Shown: piece after piece, positions 41,912 through 51,931 of the stretch
Position numbering within the stretch: position 1 is the first letter of the stretch
Layout: each line of letters begins with the position of its first letter
Origin: Opitutales bacterium
GTDB taxonomy: Bacteria; Verrucomicrobiota; Verrucomicrobiia; Opitutales; PNEW01
NCBI GenBank assembly: GCA_965197745.1
Contig: CBDANS010000006.1
Location: 192,001 to 256,000, forward strand
Reading direction: 5' to 3'
DNA length: 64,000 bases
Made by a program: the position numbers and the translations under genes
The notes under the pieces: model-generated
Told to the model about the DNA's origin: nothing
Databases searched by the model: none
What the model saw: only the letters and a program-made list of their open reading frames with translations

Positions 41912-42720
41912 TTAACTTTCGTCGGGACGGCGATCACCACTGAGATCTTCTCTTATCTCTTCGCGGTGCTCCCTGCGTGATTCTTTCATATCGCGGTGCC
42001 GCTGACGATTTTCCTCGCGATGTTCCCTGATCATACGTTCGCGATCTTCTCTCGGAGCGTCTTCCAACCGTGCCTGAAAGGCGCGCCTGCGATCATTCAT
42101 TTCATCTCTCTGATCATTGTAGGCGCGGCGCCGAGCGATTGAATCTTCGTCTTGCGCATTGTAGGCACGACGACGGGGATTCACTTCATCATCACCATCA
42201 CCCTCAGCATTGTAATAGCGCCGGCGGGCATTGTTTGGATCGGTATTCTCGTCATCCTGGTTCGTCCGCGCATTATAGATACGGCGTTTCTTGTGATTCT
42301 GATGATCCTCACGCCAGTCATGGATTGCTCTGCGAAGATGATCCGCATGATCTCTCTGCGCTCTAATTCGGTCGGCGTTTTCCCTTTTGAAAGCATCGAT
42401 CTCGGCGCGGACATCTTCGCGGGTCGGATCTTCCAGTTCATCTATACGCGCTCGTAATTCTTCACGCAAAGATTTGCTCTCGTCCTGGTATTGTCTCATC
42501 CAATCTCTAATTTCATCGGGAAATTCGACGGGACGAATATCCGGGGGCCCAGTAATTCTACATCAGAACCCTGGTCAACTGTAACATCTACTTCTCCGCC
42601 AGCTGTCAGTTCATCGCTAACGACAAGAACATCTGTTGTGTTATCTTGACCTACAGCTTTTAGTCCAAAGTAGAAAATAGCCAATAATACGGCGAATGTG
42701 ATATTGATTGTTTTATTCAT
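41912..42720 (-). CDS. Secreted Arg/Glu/Asp-rich helical protein, split into two ORFs by a 1-nt frameshift
   Basis: The signal-peptide ORF 42496-42720 joins ORF 41912-42499 (..LGPPDIRPVEFPDEIRDWMRQY) if one C is added to the C5 run at 42543-42547. AGGAG RBS upstream. Confidence 0.7.
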
Positions 42721-42769
42721 GGTAATTTCTCCTATTTTCTTTTGGTTTAATTTAACAGCTCAGGATATT

Positions 42770-42786
42770 TGCAAGGGACATGCCAA
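42770..42786 (-). promoter_or_regulatory. Sigma54 (-24/-12) promoter
   Basis: Minus strand TTGGCATGTCCCTTGCA matches TGGCAC-N5-TTGCW spacing, about 50 nt upstream of ATG 42720. Confidence 0.75.
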
Positions 42787-42895
42787 TCTTCAGATTAATT
42801 TTGTTAATAATTGATTAACAATGATATAAATAATATTATGCTGTATTTCCAGGCCTCTGAGTTACGATTCCTCCTGGGTTTAAATACCAAATAAA

Positions 42896-42932
42896 TGGGA
42901 ATTTTATCCTCAAATTGGGGAATATTCCCCAA
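42896..42932. promoter_or_regulatory. Tandem palindromic sites, candidate enhancer (UAS) for a sigma54 activator
   Basis: Perfect palindrome TTGGGGAATATTCCCCAA (42915-42932) next to the related TGGGAATTTTATCCTCA (42896-42912). Confidence 0.6.
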
Positions 42933-42995
42933 GCCCCACTCGACTTATTGCCAGGACCCTAAAAGCGCTGTTTCAGGGATAATAGAAAAGTTCGA

Positions 42996-43478
42996 TTATT
43001 TTTTACGCTCTCGGACATCACCTGTAATGCGAGCCGGGACACCAACCGCAATCGCGAAGTCCGGGACATCCTGAGTAACGACGGCCCCCGCGCCGACAAG
43101 GGCATTTTCACCTATCGATACACCCCCAAGGATAGTCACATTACTGCCAATCGAAGCCCTGCGCTTGACCTGGGTATTAATGACTTTCCAGTCATCATCG
43201 GTTTTGAGACTACCGTCATCGTTGGTAGCCAGGGGGTAATTATCATTAATGAAAACCACGCCGTGTCCGATAAACACTTCTTCGCCGATGCTGACTCCTT
43301 CACAGATAAAAGTATGTGAAGAAATTTTAGACCGCGAACCTATGGAAGCATTTTTCTGTACTTCGACAAAAGAACCTATTTTTACCTCATCTCCAATGTT
43401 GCAGCCATATAAATTAACCAACTCCGGATGATAAATACTTACATTTTCTCCAAGCTGAACATCTGTTGAAACAGGCAT
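42996..43478 (-). CDS. Hexapeptide-repeat acyltransferase (sugar N-acetyltransferase-like)
   Basis: KISSHTFICEGVSIG, ASIGSNVTI..IGENALVGAGAVVTQDVP, GVPAR. Confidence 0.88.
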   Translation of the reverse strand: MPVSTDVQLGENVSIYHPELVNLYGCNIGDEVKIGSFVEVQKNASIGSRSKISSHTFICEGVSIGEEVFIGHGVVFINDNYPLATNDDGSLKTDDDWKVINTQVKRRASIGSNVTILGGVSIGENALVGAGAVVTQDVPDFAIAVGVPARITGDVRERKK

Positions 43479-43651
43479 AATATTTATCTTCTATTCGTAA
43501 GGGTGAACAATAAAATGAATATATAAAAGGGTTTTAATTTTCATGACAATATGAATTAATCGTCCCCTTATTCATTGCCTCTCTGCAATGCTTGACTGGC
43601 CAATTCTATTGACTACCTTAATAAAAAAAAATCACCTGTAATTTATAATCT

Positions 43652-44458
43652 ATGCCAGGATCAGAAGATAATAACAATCAAAAGCTACCCCTGGGAAAAC
43701 CCGGAGTATTTAGCGAGAAGGAACGGTTCCTTTTTGACACCACGGGATTTCTAGTGATTCCGAATGCTCTCAGTCCGGAAGAGACGGAGGGCTGCATGGA
43801 ATCTGCAAAGCGTGTTCATTCTTCTTATCCACAGGATGCATGGCGCCAACTCGGTAATACTTTTGAAACTGAAAAAGCATTTGAAGATCTGATCGATCAT
43901 CCCTCAGTCTTTCCCAAGGTTCGAGAACTTCTTGGAGACAAATTCATACTCCAGAGCAGCTGGTGTACGATGGTGCCATCGGGATACATAGGTCAAGGCC
44001 TACACCAGGATGGTTCATCCTCTTATGAGTTCCGTCGTTTAGCAACGCCTACACCCCTTGTTCAACTGCGCATCGGATACGTGCTCACTGACTTATCGGA
44101 AGACGGGTGTGGAAATTTAATATTGATACCGGGAACACACAACAGCTCTGTCCCCCTGCCCAAAGGACTCGGCCCGGATGATGTCCCCATCGCCATCTCA
44201 CTGCGGGCCAAACCGGGAACCGCAATTATGTTTCATCAAGGTGTGTATCATTGTGGCGGGACAAATGAGTTGAACTATAATCGCTATATGATCCATATGG
44301 TCTATGCCCCTCCCTGGTTAATACGTTCTGACCGGAAAGGAAACTCTAAAGAATTTCTAGAGCGATTGTCGCCTTTAAGACGCGCGTTGATGGGCGAATG
44401 GGACCGACCTGAAGATCCCTTTGGCGGTGGATTAGATGCGCTTCCAGTAGAGGATTAA
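43652..44458 (+). CDS. Phytanoyl-CoA dioxygenase-family Fe(II)/2OG oxygenase
   Basis: FDTTGFLVIPNALS, LHQD, LIPGTH, FHQGVYHCG..R. Confidence 0.85.
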   Translation: MPGSEDNNNQKLPLGKPGVFSEKERFLFDTTGFLVIPNALSPEETEGCMESAKRVHSSYPQDAWRQLGNTFETEKAFEDLIDHPSVFPKVRELLGDKFILQSSWCTMVPSGYIGQGLHQDGSSSYEFRRLATPTPLVQLRIGYVLTDLSEDGCGNLILIPGTHNSSVPLPKGLGPDDVPIAISLRAKPGTAIMFHQGVYHCGGTNELNYNRYMIHMVYAPPWLIRSDRKGNSKEFLERLSPLRRALMGEWDRPEDPFGGGLDALPVED

Positions 44459-44491
44459 AGATTTAACCTTCCAGAGAATCTTTTGCATGCG

Positions 44492-45190
44492 TTAAATACC
44501 GGACTTCGTGAACTTATCAATTAGATCGATAAGGTTATGAGCCGCCTGTGTTTTTACCCCTTTGTCTTCAAAGAGAATTTCACGCAAGGTAATTTTTGCT
44601 CTATTGTGATAGAGCGCATTCGCTCTATTATCCGGTTTCAGGAACCCGCCTTCTAAAGACACCCCAGCATAAATTCCGTCTACATTATTGTAGACAACGA
44701 TCTGAGCCAGACCCAACTTAGCATCGGCTTCCGCGCCTATATTACCGGCTGTCGCGCCCACATCAATTCCTATCTGGAATTTCGATTTATTCAACAGACG
44801 CAAGCTCGATTTACTCATAAGGAGAATAGCAGTATCCGTTTTGCTTCCACCAGCCTGTAGTCCAAAACTGCCTTCTCCGGATTTAAGGAATGCTGGAGCA
44901 CTCCATGACCCGGTTAATTGATCGCGCACCAGGGCAACTCCATCGGCTCCCTTCACCGCGAAAATGAATCCTCCTTTGTATCCTCGAAGTAATATTATGC
45001 CCCGGGCTTCACGCAATAAATTTACGGGTATGCTGGACTCCGGTGATGACATCACCGATTCAAAATAGTTAGATGATCTAATAAGCCGATTGTCCAGTTT
45101 ACTCATGACAACCGCGTGCACTGTAGATCCGGTTACAATCAGGATGGTGACAATCACAATGAGGTGATGAAGGGGTCGGTATATTTTCAT
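44492..45190 (-). CDS. SYLF/Ysc84-domain lipid-binding protein
   Basis: IPVNLLREARGI, WSAPAF, GSFGLQAGG, GIYAGVSLEG, ANALYH. Confidence 0.85.
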   Translation of the reverse strand: MKIYRPLHHLIVIVTILIVTGSTVHAVVMSKLDNRLIRSSNYFESVMSSPESSIPVNLLREARGIILLRGYKGGFIFAVKGADGVALVRDQLTGSWSAPAFLKSGEGSFGLQAGGSKTDTAILLMSKSSLRLLNKSKFQIGIDVGATAGNIGAEADAKLGLAQIVVYNNVDGIYAGVSLEGGFLKPDNRANALYHNRAKITLREILFEDKGVKTQAAHNLIDLIDKFTKSGI

Positions 45191-45390
45191 AATCTGAAAC
45201 TGGTATTTAATTTTAAGGTCGTTACTTCGAAAAATAAATTTAAGGAGTATCTCTCAGCGGAAGATAAACTCAGGTTGTAACCGTTAATTTTATCGATGCT
45301 TTATGAATGTCAATTGGTTTTCCGAAATATAACATCGCATGAGCGCTTACCCAAATGTAGTAAGAAATTATACATCCCTGAGTATTACGG

Positions 45391-47082
45391 TTATTGAATA
45401 GCCCCCTTCTCCCTGCTAAAGCCTGCTAATTGGAAACCAGGCACTGTTAACTCAATTACTTCCTGTAATCGTTGAAAAGCAGCTTCTTCACCATCCAGAG
45501 CAATAGTCTGGGCAAAGACATAAGCCCAACGGTTGGCGTGGAAGCTGAAAAGTCTGTCCTTAGCCATTTGAATTAATCGCTCCTCCTGGGTCGGGACTAC
45601 ATTATCTGCGCCAACAAACCAGTAGGCAAAAAGCGCGGGGATCAATACTTGTGCATCATCCGTATTATATATAGAAGTATTATTCACAGAACGTTCAACA
45701 TGTAAGACCGTAGTCTTGAGTAATCCATTCTTCATCTCGGGAACCGAAAAATCACGAAAAGTTTTGTCTTTGATCGTCCACCCCTGTCCCACGAGGCAAA
45801 GTTCCGGTCGATGGATCGACGATTGATCTTTGCTGCTCAAGACGATGGATAATTGCACTTCATGCTCCGGATGTAACAGATTAATATAGCTTTTACGAGA
45901 AAACCCGGTGTCGGGAGGCAAGGTCTCACGTTCCACTCGGCTTACCGGATAATGCCGACCCGCCCAATCAATATTAAGCAATGACGGCAGGGCAACCGGG
46001 TCTATCTCGTTTTCGGCAAGCATGATTCCACATTCGCTTCCCTGGGACAAGGAATCGAAATGCCGTGTCATCAATAATGTTAGAATAGTCGCTATGCTCA
46101 CAGCACTGATAATGCCTACGGCCTTGACAAATAAGAAATGAGGCGCGTTACCGGGTGGAACAATTGAAGACGCACGCGGAGACGATACCTCATGTTCAGG
46201 CCAACAGCGACGCAGTAGAGACACCGTCAGCATGGCGAGGGCGAGAACGATGATAAAGATGATAAAACCGAACCATTCGTGGACAACCGTGCCCGCTTTC
46301 TCCCCGAATAATTCGGCAGCAATTATGATGGTAAAGATACGAATAACATTTCCGATAAAGGCGAAAGGAATACTGAGGACTAAAAGCACCAGCCGTCGCC
46401 ACCAGCTTCTGAAGTTGAGGTAGCCCATGAGCAGGCTAAGCGCACTAAGCGCCACCAGTGATCGGATGCCTGAACACGCGGGTGCCACATCATACTGATA
46501 GGAGCCGTCAGCGGAAAGCAACTGAGTTCCGTTTAAAATAATTTCAATTCCACATAGCTGGGCTAAAAAATAGGAACATCTAATGACATAAAGCCTCATG
46601 GTGAAGCCGATCGCGTTAGTGAGAAATTCCAGGGGAATGGAGAAAAGCATAAAGGCGCAAGGGAAGATCGTGGCGCGTCCCCATCGCGATCCGCCCAGGG
46701 TAAAAGCGCTGCCCGTGAGAAAAATGAGGAACCCGAAAATGGAAATACGCGTTTGCTGAACGAGATAGCCTAACAAATGAATAAGGAAGGCATCTAAAAT
46801 AAGGGAAATCCCAAGCCAAAAGCGCGATAACGTTTGTTCACCTGAACTTGCTTTTATGTTGCGAACAAATATCCAGAGTGAAAGCGCAAGGATAAAGGGA
46901 CCATGTTCTGTTTCTGACAGAGGATTAAACCATTGGAAACCCCACCAGTAAAATAGAGAGGAAGTATCAATGTAGCCGCGGCCAGCGTTTCCAAATAAAT
47001 TAAATACAATGAAAGCGCAAACGACAAGGCAGAGGCCTGGCAACCAGATAGCCAATCGGACTTTATGTTCTAAATTATTCAA
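45391..47082 (-). CDS. Exosortase fused to an EpsI-like domain
   Basis: EHGP, DVAPACSGIRSL, GNVIRI, HEWFG triad; C-terminal SIHRPELCLVGQGW and YWFVG. Confidence 0.9.
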   Translation of the reverse strand: MNNLEHKVRLAIWLPGLCLVVCAFIVFNLFGNAGRGYIDTSSLFYWWGFQWFNPLSETEHGPFILALSLWIFVRNIKASSGEQTLSRFWLGISLILDAFLIHLLGYLVQQTRISIFGFLIFLTGSAFTLGGSRWGRATIFPCAFMLFSIPLEFLTNAIGFTMRLYVIRCSYFLAQLCGIEIILNGTQLLSADGSYQYDVAPACSGIRSLVALSALSLLMGYLNFRSWWRRLVLLVLSIPFAFIGNVIRIFTIIIAAELFGEKAGTVVHEWFGFIIFIIVLALAMLTVSLLRRCWPEHEVSSPRASSIVPPGNAPHFLFVKAVGIISAVSIATILTLLMTRHFDSLSQGSECGIMLAENEIDPVALPSLLNIDWAGRHYPVSRVERETLPPDTGFSRKSYINLLHPEHEVQLSIVLSSKDQSSIHRPELCLVGQGWTIKDKTFRDFSVPEMKNGLLKTTVLHVERSVNNTSIYNTDDAQVLIPALFAYWFVGADNVVPTQEERLIQMAKDRLFSFHANRWAYVFAQTIALDGEEAAFQRLQEVIELTVPGFQLAGFSREKGAIQ

Positions 47083-47181
47083 TGACCAGGTTGATGATTT
47101 ATTTATAGTGTAATTATAAATTGAAATACCGGATAAACAAACAGCGATCCATTTTAAATAAGAATAAGCCTATGGCAATTA

Positions 47182-48300
47182 CTACAGGTTTTTCAAAAAC
47201 CGGGTGAAGACGGGGGCGATCCGATTTTTTTCGTAGCTGTTTAGAAATTGGGTGCGGTTTTTATTCCCCCATATCTCCCACAGATCTTTTTTCTGAAGAG
47301 CGTTTTCAAGAGCTTGCGTAAGATTTATAATTAAGTCTGGCTCCGTGGGGAAGCAAAGCCCACCCGGATTGTCACCCAGGACCTCAGCATTAGTACGCCA
47401 GTCAGTCGCGACAATCGGAAGTGCCCACATCATTGCTTCAACCATGGACCTGCCAAAGGTTTCCTGGGGCGCAACTGAGGGAAAGACATAAAGATCTGCT
47501 TCGGCAAATTGGTGCCATTTCATATCTCCGGTAAGAAATCCTGTTAATTCAACCGTCTTTTCTATGTTCAGGCTTTTAATATCATCATGTAATTGTTCCT
47601 CCGTGTAGGGTGGTAAGCACTCGCCAACGATAACCAGTCTACAATCAGGATAACTTTCAATTAAACGCGAAAATGCGCGGAGCAATGCCGGTGTTCCTTT
47701 ATCAGGAGTAACGAGACCCACGCAGAGAATTTTTATTATATCCGATTTTCCTCTATTTAACATTGCAGGTTCATAGTTATCCGGTAACCAATGGGGAATA
47801 GCAGACACATTCTTTATGCCCAGGGATTGGGGATCCTGTTTTCCAAATTCAGTCCAGACCATGGCATGCGTGGAATAGCGGTATACGAAGAGGGCAATCC
47901 ACCGGAGAGGAAAATAAAACCGGGGTAAGGCATTGGCAATGCCGCCGGCCTGAAAATTCAATACTACTCGCTTGGCAATAAGGATGCACCACGGCAAAAG
48001 AAGCACGTCACGCATCACCGGGACCTGGTGTGGACCGCCTATAGGATAGAGCAGGCAGTCTATCCTTCCCTCTAAACGGATGGCGAGCAGACGAAAAACA
48101 ACTTTAAACAGTTCCCCAATCTTTGAAACCGTTACTTTCCTCAATCGCTTTAAGTTTAAATTAAATCGAAAGGGTAGATGCCTCACCTCAATATCCGATT
48201 CATTGGATAATATATCGAGAATTTCCGAGATCGTGATATTTTGACCATGGAAAGGGGGTGGTTTCTGACCGGCTACGACAATTCTGATTTTTTCCCGCAT
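47182..48300 (-). CDS. Glycosyltransferase family 4
   Basis: PPPFHGQ, DKG, ADLYVFPS..ETFGRSMVEAM..LPIVAT. Confidence 0.88.
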   Translation of the reverse strand: MREKIRIVVAGQKPPPFHGQNITISEILDILSNESDIEVRHLPFRFNLNLKRLRKVTVSKIGELFKVVFRLLAIRLEGRIDCLLYPIGGPHQVPVMRDVLLLPWCILIAKRVVLNFQAGGIANALPRFYFPLRWIALFVYRYSTHAMVWTEFGKQDPQSLGIKNVSAIPHWLPDNYEPAMLNRGKSDIIKILCVGLVTPDKGTPALLRAFSRLIESYPDCRLVIVGECLPPYTEEQLHDDIKSLNIEKTVELTGFLTGDMKWHQFAEADLYVFPSVAPQETFGRSMVEAMMWALPIVATDWRTNAEVLGDNPGGLCFPTEPDLIINLTQALENALQKKDLWEIWGNKNRTQFLNSYEKNRIAPVFTRFLKNL

Positions 48301-48328
48301 AAAATTGATATAGCCTCTAAAATATTGA

Positions 48329-49213
48329 TCAGGTAATAACGAATCGTTTCACCCATGGAATTTTGGCGAACAAGACATTAAGGATAAGGCGCCATTCCCT
48401 AATCCCCCCAATTTTAATGAGCCGAATGGAATTTTTAAAAAACTGCATCCACCTGCATGATTGAAATTTATCCTTATTTAAAAGAACGCGGGCAAGGTAA
48501 ATCCGCGCTGAACGCCGCGGGTATTTTCTTATAAATTCCAGGTATAGTTTTCTGTGTGTTTTCCAAAATTCAGTGGCACTTTGTGTATTAACCCTTTCGA
48601 TGTTTAATATATAATAGCGAACTAATGCTTCGGCGACATTGGGAACAATTTCCAGCGAATAGCGATGAACGATACTAAAGAATAAGTAAGCGTCATCCCC
48701 TATTTTAAAATCCTCATTATAACGCAATTGGCCATCGTTGCGATGAAAGAGGGTATTGGTATCGGGGATAGTGCGAAGGAATATATCTTCCCCACAGAAT
48801 TCAGAAGCACCCACTTGTTTAACACGTTTACGCAGGCCAAGGTCATAAAAAATCCCGCATAGGACAAGGGGCGAGCGTGTAGACTCCGCCCGTTCGAGTT
48901 GTAACTGAATTTTCTCAGGGTGATACATGTTGTCGTCGTCGAGGTAGGTAATCCAATCCCCGCGAGCATGACTGAGACCGGCATTCTTGGCATTGGCGCA
49001 ACCAATTGAACAGTGATGTTCGATCAAGCGGACGCGCTTGTCCTCGAGCAAAGATGTCAGTTTATTATTATTTGCCAGCCGATTATCGACAGGATTATCG
49101 TCAACAAGGAGGATTTCAAAATCATTGAATGTTTGTTGGGTAAGGCTATGCAAAGCGCGGGGCAGCAAATCATGACGATTGCAGGTAGGAAGAATAACGC
49201 TGACAGCGGGCAT
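48329..49213 (-). CDS. Glycosyltransferase family 2
   Basis: VSVILPTCNR, FEILLVDD, ARGDWITYLDDD. Confidence 0.9.
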   Translation of the reverse strand: MPAVSVILPTCNRHDLLPRALHSLTQQTFNDFEILLVDDNPVDNRLANNNKLTSLLEDKRVRLIEHHCSIGCANAKNAGLSHARGDWITYLDDDNMYHPEKIQLQLERAESTRSPLVLCGIFYDLGLRKRVKQVGASEFCGEDIFLRTIPDTNTLFHRNDGQLRYNEDFKIGDDAYLFFSIVHRYSLEIVPNVAEALVRYYILNIERVNTQSATEFWKTHRKLYLEFIRKYPRRSARIYLARVLLNKDKFQSCRWMQFFKNSIRLIKIGGIREWRLILNVLFAKIPWVKRFVIT

Positions 49214-49480
49214 GATAAAGTAAGGCTTAAAAAAAAATTTAAGACAATTTATTTAATAAAGTATCAGGTCTATCACAATTTATTAGATATCCTATATTAA
49301 AATTTTTTTCTCTAACTCACTAATGCTCCAGTCACCATGCAGCGATTAAAGGAATATATTGAATATTACTGATATTTTCATATTTTAGCTTTTTCCGTTC
49401 TGCGGCTGTCATATTATAATAAATCCATTGAATTGTTTCAGTGAAGATCACTGTGAGACGTTGTATTTGATGTAACTGTT

Positions 49481-50407
49481 GTGAAGAAACCCAATTTTTT
49501 CATTGTTGGAGCGCCTAAAGCTGGCACTACTGCATTCTATGAGTATTTAAGGCAGCATCCGGACATTTTCATGTCTCAGTACAAAAAAGAACCTCATTAT
49601 TTTGCCAAGGATCTGCACCGCTTTAAACGCATTGTCAGAAACTTACACTGGATTACGGAGATAAACGATTATCTGGAATTGTTCGAATCCGCAGAGTCCG
49701 AGTCAAGAATAGGTGAAGCTTCTGTTTTTTATCTTTATTCCGAAACCGCGGCGAGGGAAATTTACCGTTTTAATCCTCAAGCGCGAATAATCATCATGCT
49801 TAGGAAACCGGCTGAACTGATGTATTCCATGCACAGTACATTTCTCCTCCTGCATGAGCGCCACAGGCCCCAGGAATTTCGAAAGGCGCTGGAAATGGAA
49901 AAGCGGGGAGAAATAGAGTCGGGAGTTCCTGACCATGAACGCAGTCACATTTCTCAAACATACGCCATTGCTTCCTTTCTTAATCAGGTAAAACGATTTA
50001 TCGACATTTTTCCCCGAGAGCAGATTCACTTTATTCTCTACGATGACATAAAAAATGATACGTCATCAGTTTACCGGGACACTCTTCGTTTTCTCCAGGT
50101 TGATGATACCTTTCAACCCAGATTAAATATTATTAATAAAAATAAAACGGTGCGAAGTCATTTTATTCATCAAATCGTTGTCACTCGTCCACTCCTAATA
50201 AGTAAAATATTACGTTTATTTACGACCCGAAAGATGAGACAACAGATCAGTCTGTTCATCAATGAGCTGAATTATAAAGAGTTTGAACGCTCACCGATGG
50301 ATCCAATATTGGAAGATGAAATATCCGAATACTTTAAGAAAGATATCATCGAATTAAGCGGAATTATTGAACGCGATCTATCAAATTGGCTAAAAGAGAA
50401 ACAATAG
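49481..50407 (+). CDS. Sulfotransferase
   Basis: PAPS-binding loop PNFFIVGAPKAGTT, KEPHYF, GEASVFY, IMLRKP..MYS. Confidence 0.88.
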   Translation: MKKPNFFIVGAPKAGTTAFYEYLRQHPDIFMSQYKKEPHYFAKDLHRFKRIVRNLHWITEINDYLELFESAESESRIGEASVFYLYSETAAREIYRFNPQARIIIMLRKPAELMYSMHSTFLLLHERHRPQEFRKALEMEKRGEIESGVPDHERSHISQTYAIASFLNQVKRFIDIFPREQIHFILYDDIKNDTSSVYRDTLRFLQVDDTFQPRLNIINKNKTVRSHFIHQIVVTRPLLISKILRLFTTRKMRQQISLFINELNYKEFERSPMDPILEDEISEYFKKDIIELSGIIERDLSNWLKEKQ

Positions 50408-50557
50408 GTTGAAGGTATTACCCTAGTGTGTATTTGCAATATTTGTGACGGTTGCAATGGATAGAAACAGAATGATACTTTCATGTGTTACCCTGGCCGG
50501 CTTTAAGTTACGTCCCAAGGACAAGGAGCGCAAATACTTACCCGGAGAAATAACGAC

Positions 50558-51931
50558 ATGATTATTCGATTATTTCGGTGGATGGAAGCTCATCCGGGAA
50601 AGGCGGGAACCCTGGCTGGCTGGTATCAGCAGGCAATGAGTATAGGAATGGCACTTATACTCATACCGCAAATTATTCTATTGCTTCCATCCTCGGAGAC
50701 GGGCTTGTGGTTTACCTTTCAAAGTCTTGTCCTCTTTTTTTTAATTCTGCAATTTGGACTTCCCATAACCATTGCCCGACAGGTAGCCTATTCCCTGGAT
50801 GCAAAGTCAGAACAAGGCATAGAGCGCAATGACGATTTTATCCCTTTACGTCACGGTTTGGGCGGTATCAGTGATCTACTGTCCATTACGCGAATTATTT
50901 TTTTTGTCCTGTTAAGTCTCTGCCTGGTGCTTATAGTCGTGGTGGGAGAGTATATTCTCCCTCTGGGAAAATTGTTATCGAAAAATAGCAGTGAAGCTTC
51001 GACGGTCTGGTATCTCTTCGGTATCCTCATTTTTTCAACCCTCCTAAATAATCGAACCCAAGCGTTTCTCGAAGGACTGGGTAAAATATACATCATCCAT
51101 CTTATAAGCGGGACTCATAATCTCATCTCCGGAGCCGCAATAATCGCAAGTCTGCATTTGACTCATTCAATGATAGTCATGGCTGCATCCCAAAGCATTT
51201 GTGGATTACTTTTTATGTTCAGTCTGCAACTAATTCTCCACCGGTCATTAAATAAATGCCCTCCTCCTTCGCCCAATCTTGATTGGGCTGTATTAAAGCA
51301 TCTCATTAAGGTGGCATTCCCATTTGGAATCATTCATCTTGGCCGATCCTTGGTTACCGCAATCCAAGTACCCTTAATCGGTTTCATTTTAGGAGCGGAG
51401 ACGGTGTCCCCTTTTTATATCGCACAAAAAATTGGCCATTCAATCAGGTTGGCAACAAACCATATAACTCAACCGCAAATGCCGTTCTTTACCCGCGAGC
51501 TGGCTGCCGAAAAATGGAGCGCGGCTCACTCACGTATAATGCGCACGGTCACGGGAGTATGGGTATTTTCTCTAGCGACCCAGAGTGTCTTTTACCTGTT
51601 AAGCCCCTGGTTTGTTAATTGGTGGATTGGCCCTGATCAATATATAGAACGCACCGTACTGTTCTTTATGGCATTTAACTTTTTTGTAATCGCAAGCACC
51701 CAGGTATGGACGGCATTTACCATTGCCGGCGGACATAACCCTTTTGTTATCTCCATTCTTCTTTCCGGCTTATTAAATATAATATTGTGCGCTCTTCTCG
51801 TTGGCCCTTTCGGTATTCTTGGCATCGTGTGGAGTGGTCTATTGTCGGGTTTAGCAACTATTTACTGGTTTGGTCCGTATCATGGGATAAAACTGCTTAA
51901 GAGGCTCAAAGAAGAACCCGCTTATCAATAA
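50558..51931 (+). CDS. Polysaccharide flippase/Wzx-MATE-like membrane protein
   Basis: About 12 TM segments, LQFGLPITIARQVA, location in an EPS locus. Confidence 0.7.
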   Translation: MIIRLFRWMEAHPGKAGTLAGWYQQAMSIGMALILIPQIILLLPSSETGLWFTFQSLVLFFLILQFGLPITIARQVAYSLDAKSEQGIERNDDFIPLRHGLGGISDLLSITRIIFFVLLSLCLVLIVVVGEYILPLGKLLSKNSSEASTVWYLFGILIFSTLLNNRTQAFLEGLGKIYIIHLISGTHNLISGAAIIASLHLTHSMIVMAASQSICGLLFMFSLQLILHRSLNKCPPPSPNLDWAVLKHLIKVAFPFGIIHLGRSLVTAIQVPLIGFILGAETVSPFYIAQKIGHSIRLATNHITQPQMPFFTRELAAEKWSAAHSRIMRTVTGVWVFSLATQSVFYLLSPWFVNWWIGPDQYIERTVLFFMAFNFFVIASTQVWTAFTIAGGHNPFVISILLSGLLNIILCALLVGPFGILGIVWSGLLSGLATIYWFGPYHGIKLLKRLKEEPAYQ

